Shown: positions 25,118 through 37,344 of the stretch, piece after piece
Position numbering within the stretch: the stretch's first letter is position 1
Layout: every line of letters starts with the position of its first letter
Source: Malacoraja senta
Lineage: Eukaryota
Assembly: GCA_038087875.1 (NCBI GenBank)
Contig: CM075989.1
Location: forward strand, 14,448,001 to 14,512,000
Direction of reading: 5' to 3'
Length of the DNA stretch: 64,000 nucleotides
The notes under the pieces: model-generated
Told to the model about the DNA's origin: nothing
Databases searched by the model: none
The model's input: only the letters and a program-made list of their open reading frames with translations
Position numbers and translations under genes: made by a program

Positions 25118-26735
25118 CATAGAAACATAGAAACATAGAAAATAGGTGCAGGAGTAGGCCATTCGGCCCTTCGAGCCTGCACCGCCATTCAATATGATCA
25201 TGGCTGATCATCCAACTCAGTATCCCGTACCTGCCTTCTCTCCATACCCTCTGATCCCTTTAGCCACAAGGGCCACATCTAACTCCCTCTTAAATATAGC
25301 CAATGAACTGGCCTCGACTACCCTCTGTGGCAGAGAGTTCCAGAGATTCACCACTCTCTGTGTGAAAAAAGTTCTTCTCATCTCGGTTTTAAAGGATTTC
25401 CCCCTTATCCTTAAGCTGTGACCCCTTGTCCTGGACTTCCCCAACATCGGGAGCAATCTTCCTGCATCTAGCCTGTCCAACCCCTTAAGAATTTTGTAAG
25501 TTTCTATAAGATCCCCTCTCAATCTCCTAAATTCTAGAGAGTATAAACCAAGTCTACCCAGTCTTTCTTCATAAGACAGTCCTGACATCCCAGGAATCAG
25601 TCTGGTGAACCTTCTCTGCACTCCCTCTATGGCAATAATGTCCTTCCTCAGATTTGGAGACCAAAACTGTACGCAATACTCCAGGTGTGGTCTCACCAAG
25701 ACCCTTTACAACTGCAGTAGAACCTCGCACGCATTTCTAATTTCCTGTTTGATACCATCTCCGACTTCACTACTACTGTTAGGTGGCCTGTACACAACAC
25801 CCACCAGCGTTTTCTGCCCCTTAGTGTTTCGCAGCTCTACCCATACCGATTCCACATCCTCGAAACTAATGTCCTTCCTTTCCATTGCGTTAATCTCCTC
25901 TCTAATCAGCAACGCTACCCCACCTCCTTTTCCTTTCTCTCTATCCAGACGACAGATGGCGCAATGGGCTAAGTGTTCGGCTGGCAACCGGAAGGTAGCC
26001 GGTTCGAATCCCGCTTGGAGTGCATACTGTCGTTGTGTCCTTGGGCAAGACACTTCACCCACTTTTGCCTGCGTGTGAATGTGTGTGAATGTGTGTGAAT
26101 GTGTGTGAGTGATTGGTGGTGGTCGGAGGGGCCGTAGGCGCAGATTAGCAGCCACGCTTCCGTCAGTCTGCCCCAGGGCAGCTGTGGCTACAGAAGTAGC
26201 TCACCACCACCGAGTGTGACTGAGGAGTGAATGAATAATGCGATGTAAAGCGCCTTGAGTATTAGAAAGGCGCTATATAAATCCCATCCATTATTATTAT
26301 TATTATCCCTCCTGAATATTGAATATCCCTGGATGTTCAGCTCCCAGCCTTGGTCACCCTGGAGCCATGCCTCCGTGATCCCAACTATATCATAGTCATT
26401 AATAGCTATCTGCACATTCAACTCATCCACCTTATTACGAATGCTCCTTGCATTGAGACACAAAGCCTTCAGGCTTGTTTTTACAACACTCTTACCCCTT
26501 ATACAATTATGTTGAAAAGTGTCCCTTTTTGATTTTTGCCCTGGTTTTGTCTGCCTGCCACTTTTACTTTTCACCTTGCTACCTATTGCTTCTATCCTCA
26601 TTTTACACCCCTCTGTCTCTACGCTCACACATTTAAGAAACCCTTTCCCTTTAACTCCATCCTCCACTATCCCATTCGACACCCCACCCCCCTTATTCAG
26701 TTTAAAACCACCCGTGTAGCACTGGCAAACCTGCC
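25118..26735 (-). mobile_element. Young CR1 with internal deletion (APE endonuclease joined to ORF2 C-terminus), interrupted by a SINE
   Basis: (CATAGAAA)n tail; VRPHLEYCVQFWSP C-terminus; LNARSIRNK..GITEAWL..RRD/GGGVALL..GVVYRPP endonuclease; junction IRNAC|EVLLQL near 25727. Confidence 0.93.
25947..26303 (+). mobile_element. Young CORE-type tRNA SINE with L2-like 3' tail
   Basis: A box tggcgcaatgg, B box ggttcgaatcc, CORE-like gtgtccttgggcaagacacttcacc, tail tgtaaagcgccttgag..agaaaggcgctatataaat plus (TTA)n; TSD tatcc at 25942-25946 and 26304-26308. Confidence 0.9.
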
Positions 26736-27919
26736 AGCATGTTGACCAGCCAGCAGCTGATATAGCAAGCTGGGCTCAAAAAGGAATCACCGAAAATCCC
26801 AAAGTGAATCATCACTTGACTTGGGTTCACCAAACAGCATTCGCAACTTTTTGTGTGGATGTGCAAAGCCAATCGGCTTCTCATCCTGTACATTTTGGTC
26901 AAACCTGCAGCAACAAACACATTGCACATTGGTGGACACATGCTCCAGGTGCATACTGCAACGTCAACCCAGCTGTGAGCAGCTCAACGCATGAAGCCCG
27001 AGGCCAGGACTCAGTGGAACATAAAGCTGCAGCATCAGCTGGACAATCATCTTTCTGCAAATGACTTGTCCAACCATCAAGATTTTAACCAGAACTTTGA
27101 ACTTGTTGCTGTCTTCCTACAGGTAGGAAACACGTGACAAGCTGAGGCCAGGTCTGCATTTGCACAGCCACCTACAAGAACAGGAGACTTAGATGCTTGA
27201 GTATTAGTGGAACAAACAACAGCCATTGAGAAAAGAGACAGAGAAAAGGCCACACGGTGGTTCAACAGGGGTGAACACCACTGAGTCATCGGCCACACCA
27301 TAACTGATGGATGTATAAGCGGATGCATGAAGATACTACATGTGATTAGACAAGGGGATGACAAGACAGAGTGTGTTTCGTGGCATTGAGCTGACATGTT
27401 TGCTGCTGAGTAATCGAGCTATCACACATCCACATTCATCCACTTTGCTTCATAAACCTTGATGGAACATTTTTGCATGCTAACAGTTGTCCCTTCACTA
27501 AGTATTGGACTGGTGTCTCACTCTATCTGGCACCTTGATTCACAGTGTCAGCTCTGGCTTCCATTTTAACAAGCTGATGCAGGTGCAGTAGGGAAGAGAT
27601 CGTCGATGGATACAACCTTTATAATGGCCCACCAAGGCCATCGGAGAGGGTGTACCTGTGTGGCTTGTCTACCTGGGTGGGTGCAGGGGATGGGTCCAGT
27701 CCTGCAGTGAAGTGCTTGCTCAAAGCCACTGGGTTCCAACAGCCCATGGTGTATGCCACTGGTCACCTCCTCCACCTGCACTGGCAGCAAACAGTTGCCA
27801 AGCATCAAGGCATCTGCGGAACTTGTGACCATGAAGTTTGTGAACCGCTACCTGTCCTGCATCCGCTGATAACAAAATCAGAAACGAGTAACTACCACTA
27901 AAATGCAAGGGTAGACAGA

Positions 27920-28135
27920 TCATAGAATGTACAGCAGTCCAAGAGGCCCTTCTGCCCGTCACATCTATGCCTATCACCATGCCAATCTAACTAACCTCAT
28001 CTGCCAGTTCTTGTTCCTGTCTAAATCCTCTAAAACATATCTGCCTCCACCACCTCCTCTGGCAGCAAGTTCCAGGCACCTGCCGCCCTCTGTGTATAAA
28101 ACGTTCCTTGTAAATCATCTTTAAATTCTGCCCCT
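27920..28135 (-). mobile_element. CR1 3' end fragment
   Basis: Minus strand FYTQRAAGAWNLLPEEVVEAD plus tail. Confidence 0.75.
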
Positions 28136-28139
28136 TGTA

Positions 28140-28915
28140 GAGGTCGATGGGGAGAGTCTGTTTGCAGGTAGGAGGGCGGCTGGCAAGTGGGAAGCTTTGG
28201 AAAGTGAGATAGCAAGAGTACATGGGCAGCATGTTCTTGTTGGGGTGAAGGGCAAGGCTGGCTAGTTTAGGAATCCATGGTTGATGAGATATTGTGGCGT
28301 TGGTCATGGAAAAGAAATTGTATGTCAGATTAAGGCAGTCGGAGTCAGAATACTTGGTGAGTATAAGAAGGGTAAGAGTACTCTTAAGAAGGCAATCAGG
28401 AGGGCAAACAGAGGCCATGAAATGGTTCTGACAGGCAAGTTAAGGGAAAATCCTATGAGATTCTGCAAGTATATTAGCCACAAAATGGTGGGTAGTGAAG
28501 AAGAGATGGTGTTAAAGATCAAAGGTCTTTGTGCAGCTACTTGATGGGGGAGACATTGAATGATTATTTCTCATTGTTTTTTGCTGAGTGGAAGATCATT
28601 GAGGCACGGGAGTTGTGGTGTCTTAGATCATATACAAATGACAGAGGAGGAGGTATTGGCATTTTTAAAGAGCATTAAAGGTGAATCATTCCTCAGGGCT
28701 TGACCAGGTTCATCCTCGGACCTTGTGGGAAGCTACGGAGGAAAATGCAAAGGCCCTTGCATTATCGTTTGGCACACCTGAAGTTCCGGTCCGGAGGGGG
28801 GCTAATGTCAGACAGTTATTTATGAAGAGCAGCGAAGACAAGCCTGGGAACTACAGGCTGGTGAGCGTGATGTGGTGGGAACGTTGATGGAAGGGATTCT
28901 TAAGGACAACATCTA
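28140..28915 (+). mobile_element. CR1 ORF2 central fragment, decayed
   Basis: LKKAIRRANRGHE..LRENPMRFCKYI; SSGLDQVHPRTLWE; DKPGNYRLVS. Confidence 0.8.
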
Positions 28916-30244
28916 TCACGTGCTAAAGTTAAAGTCAGATCTCATACAGAGACTTGATCTTTGTGCATTTCTTCTGATAGCTTGGTTCACCATTCCTGCT
29001 CTTGGGGTCCTGTCCAAGAAACCTGGGTCTTCAGGAACTGAAGCTGACATTCTGACCTCATGCGCTGATGGGTGATGGATCATCTTTGTCCTGTCCCTGC
29101 CCCCTGGGGTCTCCCCAGCTCAACCACTGACCTGTGCTTTGTTTGGAATCTGATTTACTTTATCCATGGATGGGTTTTCTCTCTCTTTGTGTGTAAGGCC
29201 TATGTCCTCTATATGAGGATATTCTATCACCTCTGAAATAATCTCCAGTCCTTCTGTGGAGCAACATTCCATTCCATTGGTTTCTTTACCTAAGGCAGCC
29301 GCTGGGCTTCAAGCAGCAGAATGATCCCCTCCCACCCATGGGTCTTTCCTGAGTCAACTGATGAATCAATTACAGCGGACTGACAGTGTGGTTCAGTGTA
29401 ATGGTGTTCTCCTCCATATTCTCTGTATCCCAACAAGGAGATGACTATCTTTGTCACCAAGAGCACCCACAGCCAACAGACCTGCTGGTGAATGCAGAGA
29501 TGACGGAGGTTCAGGGCTGGCACCTTACTGGAGGAACAATGCCACTGTGTGATGAAGTGCCGTGGAGACAACACTATGTTATTGGAATGCAACAGAACCA
29601 GTCGTGGCCATGCCATGTTGGTGTTGTATGTCAGGATGCAGAACGTAACACATCTCCTACCTGGCTGAAGTTGCTGGAAATACTCACAGGTCATGCAGCG
29701 TCTGTGTGGAAGATACAGAGTGATCATTTCAGCTGATCAATCTCGCACCAAAGCTCATTCTAATTCTCTCTCCAGACGTGTTGCCAGATCCACTGAGTGT
29801 TGACAGTGCATTTTGTTTAAGGTTCAGGTTTCTACCATCGGCAACCTTTTGCCTTAAGTGTATCTAAACTCCGCTTCTAATTTGGGGAATAAGTTATGTA
29901 AATGCAGTGACTGTGAGAATCAGACATCTCTGGAGCTTCCACGTTCCTCCAGTTCCAGTGAATGTGAACATGCAGACGTTGTACTCGATAGCCACACTTC
30001 CATTTATATCACGCAGGTGCAATCATTTTGTGGGTCGGAGGAATCCCACAAATCCTTGCTTTGGAAAAAGTATCGTCTGCTCTGGAAGAACCAGGTTTTC
30101 CTTGCACTGTAAGGAGAATCCTCGAACATTTCACAAGCTCATGACCTCTTCCGCCAAGAAAAGCAAGGGCAGCAGATGTATGAACACAACTCCCCTCTTG
30201 TCACTTTCCCCTCCAATGCTCCCACTATCCTGACTTGAAAATAT

Positions 30245-30880
30245 GACCGATGAAGGTCGTACAGTGGATGCTGTCCACAGGGCATTAGTCCCTCATGAGA
30301 GGCTGGTCACCAAATAAGAACCAAGCTACAACATAAGCTGGTCACACTAGCTTCTAATTTTCACCCGACAAACAGCTAACGATGGCCTGTTTCCTTGGTC
30401 ATCGTTACTTTTCCGCATATCTTTTATTCATTGTTCTTTATCCCTCCGCATCACTGTCTATATCTCTCGTTTCCCTTACCCCCAACCAGTCTGAAGAAGG
30501 GTCTCGACTCGATACATCACCCATTCCTTCTCTCCAGACATGCTGCCTGTCCCACTGAGTTACTCCAGCTATTTGTGTCTATCTTCGGTTTAAACCAGCA
30601 TCTGCAGTTCCTTCCTAAACATTAGAACCGCCTTGAGCTGGTAAAATTAATTGCCTCAGCTGGAGAAGAAAGGGCAGTGATGGATGGGTGTTTTTTCTGA
30701 CTGGACGTCTGTGACCAGTGGTGTTGTGAAGGATCAGTGGTGGAACCTCTATTGTCTGTCAGATATATATCAATGATCTGGATGGAAATGTGGCTGGTTC
30801 AATCAATAAGTTTGCAATCAACATGAAAATTGATGCTGGTGTGGATCATGAGGAAGGTTGTCAATGGATACATTAGACCA
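30245..30880 (+). mobile_element. CR1 RT fragment split by the Penelope tail at 30340-30622
   Basis: VPHERLV before, and VTSGV..GSVVEPLL..IYINDLD..INKFA after the insertion. Confidence 0.65.
30340..30622 (+). mobile_element. Penelope 3' tail with hammerhead module
   Basis: Closely similar to 8925-9203; ctgaagaagggtctcgactcgatac at 30491. Confidence 0.85.
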
Positions 30881-31154
30881 CAGATCTGGTCTCACCAACA
30901 TCCTTTACACACCAGCTTCCTTTACACACCAGCATCCTTTCACCTTTTAAAAATGCTAATTTTCTTCCAATTCGCTCTAATATATTCTAACGTTCTAATA
31001 GTGAGTAGGGATAAACTGTAACACATTCCTCACAGAGCAAGACAGGTAAATACAGCAGCATCACAAGTGGCCAGAACAGATTGTATTAACATATTATATA
31101 GGCATTGCTGCAAATAAAAATGTCGCTTTGCTCCCCATTCTCTCGACACCATTA

Positions 31155-31780
31155 AACAGAACAGCACAGCACAGGAACAGACCCTTTGGCCCTCAACATC
31201 TGTGCCAAGCTAAATTAATCTCCTCTGACTGCTTATGATCCAAATCCTTCCATTCCCTGCATATCCATGCGCTAATGCAAAAACCTCTTATGCACAACTA
31301 TTGTACCTGATTCCACCAGCACACCTGGCAGCAAGTTCTACGCACCTGCCAGGGGTCTCTGTTAAAAGACTCGCCTTTCCTTTGAACTTTCCCTCGAACA
31401 CCTTAAACCTGTGCCCTCTAGTCTTTGGCATTTCCATTCTGGGAAAGAGGTTCTGACTGTCTACCCTATCTATGCCTCTTAATTTTCATATACTTTCCAT
31501 CAGGTCTCCCCTCAACCTCCAACGCTTCAGAGAAAGCAATCCAAGTTTGTCCAACCAGTCTGAAGAAGGGTCTCGACCCGGAACGTCACCCATTCCTTCT
31601 CTCCAGAGATGCTGCTGCCTGTCCCACTGAGTTACTCCAGCATTTTGTGTCTACCCAAGTTGTCCAACCTCTCCTTATAGCTGATAGCCACTAATGCAGG
31701 CAGTATTGCGGTAAACCTCTTCTGCACCCTCTCCAAAGCCCCCACATCCTTCCTACAACGGGTTGACTGGAACTGCAGAA
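31155..31780 (-). mobile_element. CR1 3' fragment hosting a hammerhead-module insertion
   Basis: CR1 tail and reverse-complement ORF2 C-terminus continuous on both sides of 31557-31654. Confidence 0.8.
31557..31654 (+). mobile_element. Stand-alone Penelope-derived hammerhead module with TSD
   Basis: ccaagtttgtccaacc (31541-31556) and ccaagttgtccaacc (31655-31669) flank agtctgaagaagggtctcgacccggaacgtc... Confidence 0.88.
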
Positions 31781-32324
31781 CTTTAAAGAAATATCCATTC
31801 ATTTGTCTAAAGTCATTCTGTTTAAAAATTTCTTTCGCAATTATCCGTATTTATCTTCATAAAATGAACTTTTTTTTGAACAATGATTTCCTGTTATGTA
31901 TTCACATGGACTGTGCTGAGATATTGTTGACTTTTGGAATTCTGTAATGACACAATGAAAAGCCAGTGATAAGTATTTAACTTCCTGTCACCAAACACTT
32001 TAATTCCCCACTAATTCCTCAAATACTATTTATACTTCTGCATGTGGATAGATTTGGAACATCTTCAAACCACTTTCATCGCAGGAAGTCTGCCTCTGAT
32101 GTTGTGTTCATTGTTCCTCCATTCACCATCTGTCCCCTTATTTGTCGATGTTCACACAACTAACAAGGAAGTGTTAATCAGCCCTTGCAACTCCTGAAGT
32201 TGCAGATACATTGTTACTCTGCAGTGTTTGACAAACAAGCTCAATCTCCAGGTAGATCCAAAAACCGATCACATGTTAGAAAGTTTCAAAGAATAAGATG
32301 GTCATTGTGTCTTAACTAGTATCA

Positions 32325-32730
32325 GGAACCATCTACACGAAGCACTGCCTCATACAGGCAGCAAGATCATCAAGGATTCCCAGTATCCAGGCCATGCCCT
32401 CTTCTCAGTGCTACCATCAGACAGGAGGTACGGAAGGAAGCCTGAAGATTCACACCATCAGGTCCAGGCACAGCTACTTTCCTCCAACCAACACGTTCTT
32501 GAACCGACCTCGACAACGGAACACACCAACCTCCTCTTGCACGACCATCAACTTGTTTGCTAACTATATACTTTTGCACTAATGTTTTTTTTGGTAGTTC
32601 TTGTCTTTTCACTGTCTTGTAGAATATGTGTAATTTATGTGTGATTTATGTTTTGATGTGTTGTCTGGGTCTATCTGCCTGAGATGCTGCTGCTGGAGAG
32701 ACTTTCATTGTACCTATACCTCACCCCACT
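32325..32730 (+). mobile_element. Rex1/Babar-like LINE 3' fragment
   Basis: KIIKDSQYPGHALFSVLPSDRRY, matching the I..D.SHP.H.LF.LLPSGRRY motif. Confidence 0.75.
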
Positions 32731-32892
32731 ACTTTATATCCACTTTTGAAATTTGATGTATTAAAATCATGTTTAGTGCATTGTAGAAGTATGATTTCAA
32801 TGTTTTTGTTTGAAATAGTTTTAAGGGGTAACTTTTTAAGGGGTTCCAGATGAGGAAATAATGCCAAGGACACATGGTATCGATGGCCCGTC

Positions 32893-33255
32893 TTAGACAA
32901 TAGACAATAGACAATAGACAATAGGTGCAGGAGTAGGCCATTCGGCCCTTCGAGCCAGCACCGCCATTCAATGTGATCATGGCTGATCATCCCCAATCAG
33001 TACCCCGTTCCTGCCTTCTCCCCATATCCCCTGACTCCGCTATTTTTAAGAGCCCTATCTAGCTCTCTCTTGAAAGCATCCAGAGAACCGGCCTCCACCG
33101 CCCGCTGAGGCAGAGAATTCCCCAGACTCACCACTCTCTGTGAGAAAAAGTGTTTCCTCGTCTCCGTTCTAAATGGCTTACTCCTTATTCTTAAACTGTG
33201 GCCCCTGGTTCTGGACTCCCCCAACATCGGGAACATGTTTCCTGCCTCTAGTGTG
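32893..33255 (-). mobile_element. Young CR1 3' end with (AGACAAT)n tail
   Basis: MFPMLGESRTRGHSLRIRSKPFRTETRKHFFSQRVV...EKAGTGY; CpGs retained. Confidence 0.92.
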
Positions 33256-33520
33256 AATAGACAATAGGTGCAGGATAGACAATAGGTGCAGGTGCAATAG
33301 GTCTTGTAGTCAATGCATCAGAGAAGCAGGCTCTCCCTGACAATCAGATAACCAATCATAAAGAGCATAATGAGGAGAATGTGTAGTCAAGTTTAGTATT
33401 GATGGTATCTGTGGACGGTAGAATACATAACCTCAATAAAGCTGCAATATTAAAGCTGTGAGTCATCTGCTTTGAATTGAGCTAACCAAGAATTTGTGTT
33501 TGAAGACAAATGATGCCTCC

Positions 33521-33720
33521 NNNNNNNNNNNNNNNNNNNNNNNNNNNNNNNNNNNNNNNNNNNNNNNNNNNNNNNNNNNNNNNNNNNNNNNNNNNNNNNN
33601 NNNNNNNNNNNNNNNNNNNNNNNNNNNNNNNNNNNNNNNNNNNNNNNNNNNNNNNNNNNNNNNNNNNNNNNNNNNNNNNNNNNNNNNNNNNNNNNNNNNN
33701 NNNNNNNNNNNNNNNNNNNN
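33521..33720. other. Assembly gap (200 N)
   Basis: Run of n. Confidence 1.
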
Positions 33721-33911
33721 TTAGAAAAAGCCATAAATTTGATTTGGAGGGGGGGAAAAAAATCAATAAGTAAGTCTAAATATAGAATTGATTAAGAAAA
33801 GGATTGTTCATTTCCCCAGTTTTGAGTCAAAGAATTTATTTTCAAACTACATTTTTTCCCAGATTAAAAGAGTCCACAAGTTGTATAAAAATCCAACACT
33901 TTTCAATTGTT

Positions 33912-34045
33912 GAAACAAAGAACTGCAGATATTAATACACAAAAGGATGCAAAGTGCTGAAGTAATTCAGTGGGTCAGGCAGCATGCCTGGAGAATATGG
34001 ATGGATGACATTTTGGGTCAAGACCCTTCTTCATGCTCATATACC
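33912..34045 (-). mobile_element. Penelope-derived hammerhead module with 9-bp TSD
   Basis: tcaattgtt at 33903-33911 and 34046-34054; gacattttgggtcaagacccttcttca. Confidence 0.75.
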
Positions 34046-34399
34046 TCAATTGTTCTTGTACAAGAATGTCAAAGTTATGTTTGTGTAATAATTAAGATGC
34101 CTGATATTGGAAGTGACAAGAAATGAATCCTACAATGGTCATGTGTGAACCCGGCCAATAGACAAGTGGGTCTAATTCTGTATATGAGATTCTCGCTTGT
34201 TTAAAATTGACTAGTGTGAATTTTGAATTGGATTTGAGGAAATAGTTTTGTAAAAAATTGGAATATTGCAAATATGGTCTCCCTTAATGAGTATGCTTGA
34301 CATCCTTTGCTTATAATTCTCAGTTATGGTTTCTGATGTTCTGCTCAACTTTGGATGTTTAAGATGGACTATGAGGGTTTTCAAAGCCAAAAGCCTTTG

Positions 34400-35285
34400 T
34401 ACAGTTTACAGTTTAGTTTATTGTCACGTGTACTGAGGAACAGGGAAAAGCTTTTCTTGCGTGCTAATCAGTCAGTGGAAATACTATGCATGATTACAAT
34501 CGAGCCATTTACAGTGTACAGATACATGATAAGGGAATAAGGGTTTAGTGCAAGGTAAAGCCAGCGTCTGATCAAGGATAGTCCAAGGGTTACCAATGAG
34601 GTAGATAGTAGTTCAGGACTGCTTTCTGCATGTGGTAGGATGATTCTGTTGCCTGATAACAGCTGGGAAGAAGCTGTCCCTGATTCTGGAGATGTGCGTT
34701 TTCACACTTCTATATCTTTTGCCTGATGGAAGAGGGGAGAGGGGAGAAGAGGGAATGGCCAGGGAGCGACTCGTCCTTGATTATGCTGCTGCCCTTGCAA
34801 GCCAGCGCAAGGTATAAATGGAATCAATGAAAGGGAGGTTGATTTGTGTGATGGTCTGGGCTGCCTCCAATTCACTGCAATTTGTTGCGGTCTTGGATGG
34901 TGCTGTTCCCAAACCAAGCTGTGATGCATCCTGATAAAATACACCTGTAGACGTTGCTGAGAGTTGTAGGGGACATGCCAAACTTCCTAAGCCTTTTAAG
35001 GAAGTAAAGGTGTTGGTGTGCTTTCTTGGTCGTTGCTTCAATATGCGTGGTCCAGGAGAAGTTGTTGGTGATATTGACTCCTAGGAATTTGAAGTTTTCA
35101 ACCATTTCCACTTTTGCACCGTCAATGCAAACAGGAGCATGTGTTCACTTCACTTCCTCAAGTCAATCACTTTCTCCTTTCTTAAGTTGACATTGAGAGA
35201 AAGGTTGTTGTCTCGACACCAGGATCGATGTCTCGATGTCTTGATGTCCTTCCTGTACTCTGGCTCGTCATTATTTGATATCCGT
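34400..35285 (-). mobile_element. Rex1/Babar-like LINE RT C-terminus and 3' UTR
   Basis: EMVENFKFLGVNITNNFSWTTHIEATTKKAHQHLYFLKRLRKFG...SGCITAWFGN. Confidence 0.9.
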
Positions 35286-35624
35286 GAAGGGAAGGAACTT
35301 ATTGTAGCTTAACTTTCAAACTCATTGGTTTATATCATGCTACTAGTTTGAAGAAATTAACCCTTTGCACTGACTGCTCCTTTGTTCAAGTTAATTATTT
35401 TTTAATTAATAGTTCTCTGCAGTGACACCGTAATCTGCTGTTCTGTTAAGAGAAGCCCTAACAGTTTGTTTTCTCATTTGTAAACCTGATGACCTTTTAG
35501 CTGAGCAGATGATTCAGGTTGTCCAGATGCATCAGGTGCCACACTGTGACAGTTTGTTCTTGTCTTTATCTGTTAATGCCTTGGACTTCACACATTCAGG
35601 GGCACTCATTATCTTCTGGAACAA

Positions 35625-35930
35625 AAAGGAAGCACAGCGATACAGTTACTGCCTTACAGCACCCGGGAACCGGGTTCGATCCTTCCTAATGGGTGCTGTC
35701 TGTATAGGGTTTTGTACGATGTCCCTGTGACCGCGTGGGTTTTCTCCAGGTACTTTGGTTTCCTCCACACTCTGAAAACGAACAGGTTTGTAGGTTAATT
35801 GGTTTCTGTAAAATTCTAAATTGTCCCTAGTGTGCGTAGGATAGTGCTAGTGTACGGAGTGATCGCTGGTGGGCAGGGACTCAGTGGGCTGAAGGGCCTG
35901 TTTCCACGCTATATCTCTAAAGTCTAAAAC
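35625..35930 (+). mobile_element. HE1/V-SINE-like tRNA SINE
   Basis: B box gggttcgatcc, V core, 3' tail gggctgaagggcctgtttccacgct shared with CR1 tails (e.g. 59530). Confidence 0.88.
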
Positions 35931-36011
35931 ACAGAAATGTGACTGCATTCTAGAGGTAAGATCAAATTTTCATTGCTACAAACGTCTATTTTGCTGCACT
36001 TCAAAGATTTA

Positions 36012-36510
36012 AGGGGATGTCCCACTTGGGCGACCTAATTGGCGAGTTTAGAAGAGTTTGAAAAAATGCCATGTTGAAGACCTCCTTCAACTATGTAGAA
36101 GACCATCTTCGACTAGCTACGACTAACTTCGGGAAAATTGGAAGACGAATAGTGGAGAGTGAAGACGACCTCCTTCGACCTCCCTTCGACTATGATGAAG
36201 ACTATCTACGACTACCTTCGACTACCCTCGATTACCTACGACTAACATGCTGACCTACTACGACCTGCTACAAGTAAAAAATATATAGATTATTTCCCAT
36301 GGCGACCTTTTTTTTACTCGCGGGCATTTTTTAACATTGAAAAAAACGCCGCGACCTAGCTGAGGCCTCGAGTACGCGCAGACTACTCTTGAGCATGAAG
36401 GAGAGTTACAAAGACCTCCTACGGCCTCGTGCCGACCATGCTGCAAGTATGAGTCGAGGGCAAACTCGCCAAAACTGGCGGATTAGGTCGCCCAAGTGGG
36501 ACAGGCCCCT
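36012..36510. mobile_element. PIF/Harbinger-type MITE (family C)
   Basis: TIR agggg..tgtcccacttgggcgacctaat vs attaggtcgcccaagtgggacaggcccct; TTA TSD at 36009-36011 and 36511-36513; internal CGAC repeats. Confidence 0.9.
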
Positions 36511-37344
36511 TTAATTGGAGAAACAAAACTGAACTTTGACAAAACCTGTCAGTCCAACAATAGGGCTGCTTTTGAAAAGTGGAAAAATGAAAAAGGCATA
36601 ATATATCAGGGCATTCCCAGCAATTCAAAAGCAGCGGTAATTTTAGTTGTTTATTCTCAATCTTAAACAGATAAGTTATACAATCAGTGGAGAACACTTT
36701 CAAAGTTGCATTAAATGACTTGGATGCATTTCACCAGCCGGTATCATTCTGGTCCCTGAACCAAAATGTTAGCTGAATTTCAACAGATGCTGCTCGACTG
36801 GCTGACTTCTTTCAGCAAGGTTTTTGTTGATATAATTCTGATATGCTTTAAATTTGGAAACATGCTCGTACTCTTGGAGAACTTTGTCGTCTTATCCCAG
36901 AATGTTTTAAAGGAATCACCTTTGATGGCTGGACCACCACCTGTGATGTGAAGAGGCAAGCCAGACTTTTCCTGCACTCAGCATCAACTGAAAGCCAAGA
37001 ATACTCTCCATGGGATGATGTGGGCAATATGATGCTCGGAGACTACTGTGAATGGTTGCAAATAAGGCAAAGAGCAAATGGAAAAGCACGGTGAATTAGA
37101 GCTGAAGAACAGATCTCAGCCATGCATGGTGACTTGATAAGAACAAATGAAATGATTATTGTGGGTTGAGAGAGAGAGATAATACCAAAAAACCCACAGA
37201 GAAACTAATATTGAAACAATAAAGCTGAAGTCAAAAGATCTCTCTTTCATTAAAAGGAATCACAACTGGGAGAAAAGATATACATGGATTTTAGACAGGG
37301 GCAGCTGAAGACCAAAGAGAGGTAATACATCACACATAATACTC

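Noticed and set aside
25947..26020. tRNA gene
   Set aside because: A/B boxes run into a SINE body and tail with a TSD; no convincing acceptor stem
26760..27900. Possible Gypsy remnants (EKPIGFA on minus; AHQGH..VQSC on plus)
   Set aside because: Motifs are short, lie in opposite orientations, and no LTRs were found; not supportable without a profile search
33450..33773. ORFs containing X runs
   Set aside because: Artefacts of the N gap
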